A DNA stretch of 64,000 bases from Eledone cirrhosa (taxonomy: Eukaryota): NCBI GenBank assembly GCA_964016885.1, contig OZ024740.1, positions 272,242,001 through 272,306,000 on the forward strand, read 5' to 3'. The translations under genes and the position numbers were made by a program. Below, one piece after another: positions 60,970 through 64,000 of this stretch; within the stretch, counting starts at the first letter, position 1; the number at the start of each line of letters is the position of its first letter. The notes below the pieces were generated by a model. That model was not told the DNA's origin. It did no database searches and saw nothing but the letters and a program-made list of their open reading frames with translations.

Positions 60970-61950
60970 GATTTCATTTATTAGCCACAAGGGTCGACAT
61001 GTAGGGGACAATACAAAGACAGGGACAGTGGGAGTTTACAATAAGGTCGAGTAAAAGTGCACAATGGCAAGACTAATTTAACAATGAAAATATAAAAATA
61101 TAAAATAAACTATGCATAAATATAACAAAATAAATTCCTCGATAGGGGGTGGACGACCCTGGGGTGATTCGGGTACCTCACCAATCCTGAACGACCCTGC
61201 GCTTCTAGGGCACCCAGGGAGAGCACCCCTCTCCTCAAGTTAGCTAGCCTATAGGCGCATGGTCAGAGTAGGCCCATTCACACGAGCCATTCTCGCCACA
61301 TTCACCCACCTTTAGCAAATGTACTAGGGGGCAGCACTTCTCTCTCCACCCTCACCTTCCTTTCCAGGTGAAACTTGAAGAAGTTGATGAGGGATTGGCC
61401 GAAGAGAAAAGTGTCTGTCTTTAGTCCTTTCAACCTAGTCTACCATATAATCTCTTTCGCAACTGCCACCAGACAGAGGAAAATGTCGTGCTCTTCCTGA
61501 CCTAAGGAAGGCGGTGGATCGATCTTCACTATGGACTCGGCCGATAGCCGGATTCGTTCCACACGGGACAGTAGCTGTTCGACATAACTCCACAAGTCAG
61601 TAATGCACGGACATTGGACAAGTGCGTGCAGAACGGTTTCGTCGTTCTGTGCGCATCTTGGGCAGGTCCGTCTGACAGCACTTCCGTGTCTGTAGAGTTT
61701 ATCCCGAACCGGCAGTGCCCCCCGGTAGCACTTCCAAGCGAGGGATTTCTGGAAATTGTCCATCGTCCACGGCTCAAAAGTCTTCCGGTACAGACTGGTC
61801 AGTTCGACTTCGTCGAGGCCCAAAGCTTCTTCGAGTGCGTCATCGCACTTGCCCACCACTAATCCTCTATAGAACTCGAGAGTGGAAGTTCCACTGATCG
61901 CATTGCACGCTTGGTAGAGGGCAGTGAGTGCCTGGCAACATTCCAGGTGC
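60970..61950 (-). mobile_element. Tx1 LINE copy D, 5'-truncated (~1 kb of ORF2 C-terminus plus 3'UTR), C-like subfamily
   Basis: HLECCQAL..MDNFQKSLAW..CPRC..ETVLHALVQC. 3' end AATAAATGAAATC. AAT tracts at 60958-60969 and 61951-61965. Confidence 0.93.
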
Positions 61951-61965
61951 AATAATAATAATAAT

Positions 61966-62310
61966 GGTTTCTTTTATAGGCACAAGGCCAGCAATTTTGG
62001 GGGAGGGGAAAGTCGATTAAATCGACTCCAGTGCGTGACTGGTACTTTATTTAATCGACCCCTTAAGGATAAAAGGCAAAGTTAACCCCGGCGGGATTTG
62101 AACTCTGATCATGCTGCAAAGCATGGCGTCCGACCCTCTACCGATACTGACAATCCACCGCCTTCCACTGCCAACAACAATAATAACAACCAAACGAAGG
62201 ATTCATAAAGGGCCGTAACTCTATGCTGCTCATATCATAAAGGGCCGTAACTCTATGCTGCAAAGCATGGCGTCCGACCCTCTACTGCCAATACTGCCAA
62301 TCCACCTCCC
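61966..62310 (-). mobile_element. Family-1 SINE (long variant) directly abutting the last AAT tract, plus partial heads
   Basis: AATAAT|GGTTTCTTTTATAGGCACAAGGCCAGC..GATTTGAACTC..CAATCCACCGCC. Confidence 0.88.
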
Positions 62311-63039
62311 TAAGAAGTAGTAGTTAAAGAAGAAGAAGAAGAAGAACAACAACAACAATAACAAAAAGAAAAAGAAGAAAGTAAGTGCATCTAAAACTTT
62401 TTGCTTAAATACGAACTCACGACTCAGAAACTGTGAGCTGAAAGGGGAGAGAAGAGCGAATGACATTTTATCTATTTGGACAATTGAATTCCCGCCTCTG
62501 TTCCATATAATAATTCTTAGATACAATAACATCTTAACATTGTATAAGGTAGAGACACATGCGAGTGTTTCCAAAACGTTATAGAGCGTTGGGAATGTTT
62601 AAATTACGACCGCTCAATGAATTGTGGCTGGTTTGATGGTATTTACTCATATTTAACCAATAGCTACACACAAAGATGGGTCACACGAGAGCCACAAATC
62701 ATTCCCTTTTAGCTGAAGAACCCATCATTCCCCCAGCATTGACTGTACTTTAAGAGGCGGCAACATATATGAATCAATGCAAAAGACTGCAGAAGAATTT
62801 TCTCCAAATACAGTTGTGATTACTTTGCATCCAAATCACTATTACAGTTAATGAGCTGTAAAGTGGCAAGGATCTAAATTTACTGTTATCCAAGGAATAA
62901 CATCTGTAGTGGTGGACTTTTGGCAGAGAGCGTTCGTTCTTAATTCAGTCGCTGAAGCTGCAGCAGTAGATCTTTTATCAAACAACCTCGGTAACACAAT
63001 ATACCGCAACGAATAGCGTCACACATATGTACACTCGCA

Positions 63040-63715
<676 letters not shown>

Positions 63716-64000
63716 GCAGTCTTATTGAAATTGTTCTCTGTATCTAGGCATCGTTCGTTTCAGTTAATGTGTTGTGGGTTTTGATTGATAGTTAGACATA
63801 GTGACAGTGAGATAGACAGACCTAAGAGACACGGAGATGTCATTGACGCTTAGCTGGGAACATATTTTCTTGAGATGGACGTATTTTAGCAGTTGGCGTG
63901 GGAAAACTGACGTAAACAGTGGCGTGTATTGCCTGCAATAATGAATGTATATGTATGACTGTGTATGTGTGTGTATGAGTGTGTATGTGTTGACGAGAGC

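Overview
Animal (eukaryotic) intergenic or intronic DNA, saturated with microsatellites and repeats. The SINE families and repeat landscape suggest a cephalopod such as Octopus (inference). No host protein-coding gene is supported, and most entries in the ORF track are translations of microsatellites or antisense frames. Main contents: (1) a ~20 kb array (42.3-62.2 kb) of non-LTR retroelements, each joined to the next by an (AAT)n tract. It holds one intact two-ORF L1/Tx1-clade LINE, a near-identical internally deleted twin, two members of a second Tx1 subfamily, an R4/Dong-clade element in the opposite orientation and a SINE. (2) A related Tx1 copy sitting in (ATCT)n instead. (3) A 25.7-29.6 kb cluster of Penelope-like GIY-YIG remnants and minimal type-I hammerhead ribozymes, including a non-coding, highly structured 310-bp hammerhead-bearing repeat in tandem plus inverted arrangement (retrozyme/pLTR-like). 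(4) Dozens of tRNA-derived SINEs whose 3' tail resembles the Tx1 3' end, plus RTE fragments, Helitron-like elements and MITEs. Main hypotheses: a conserved splice donor at the Tx1 ORF1 stop that could fuse ORF1 to ORF2 in frame, a Tx1-mobilised SINE, target-site switching among related Tx1s, and a hammerhead retrozyme. All alignments and folds were done by eye; SINE and microsatellite boundaries are approximate.
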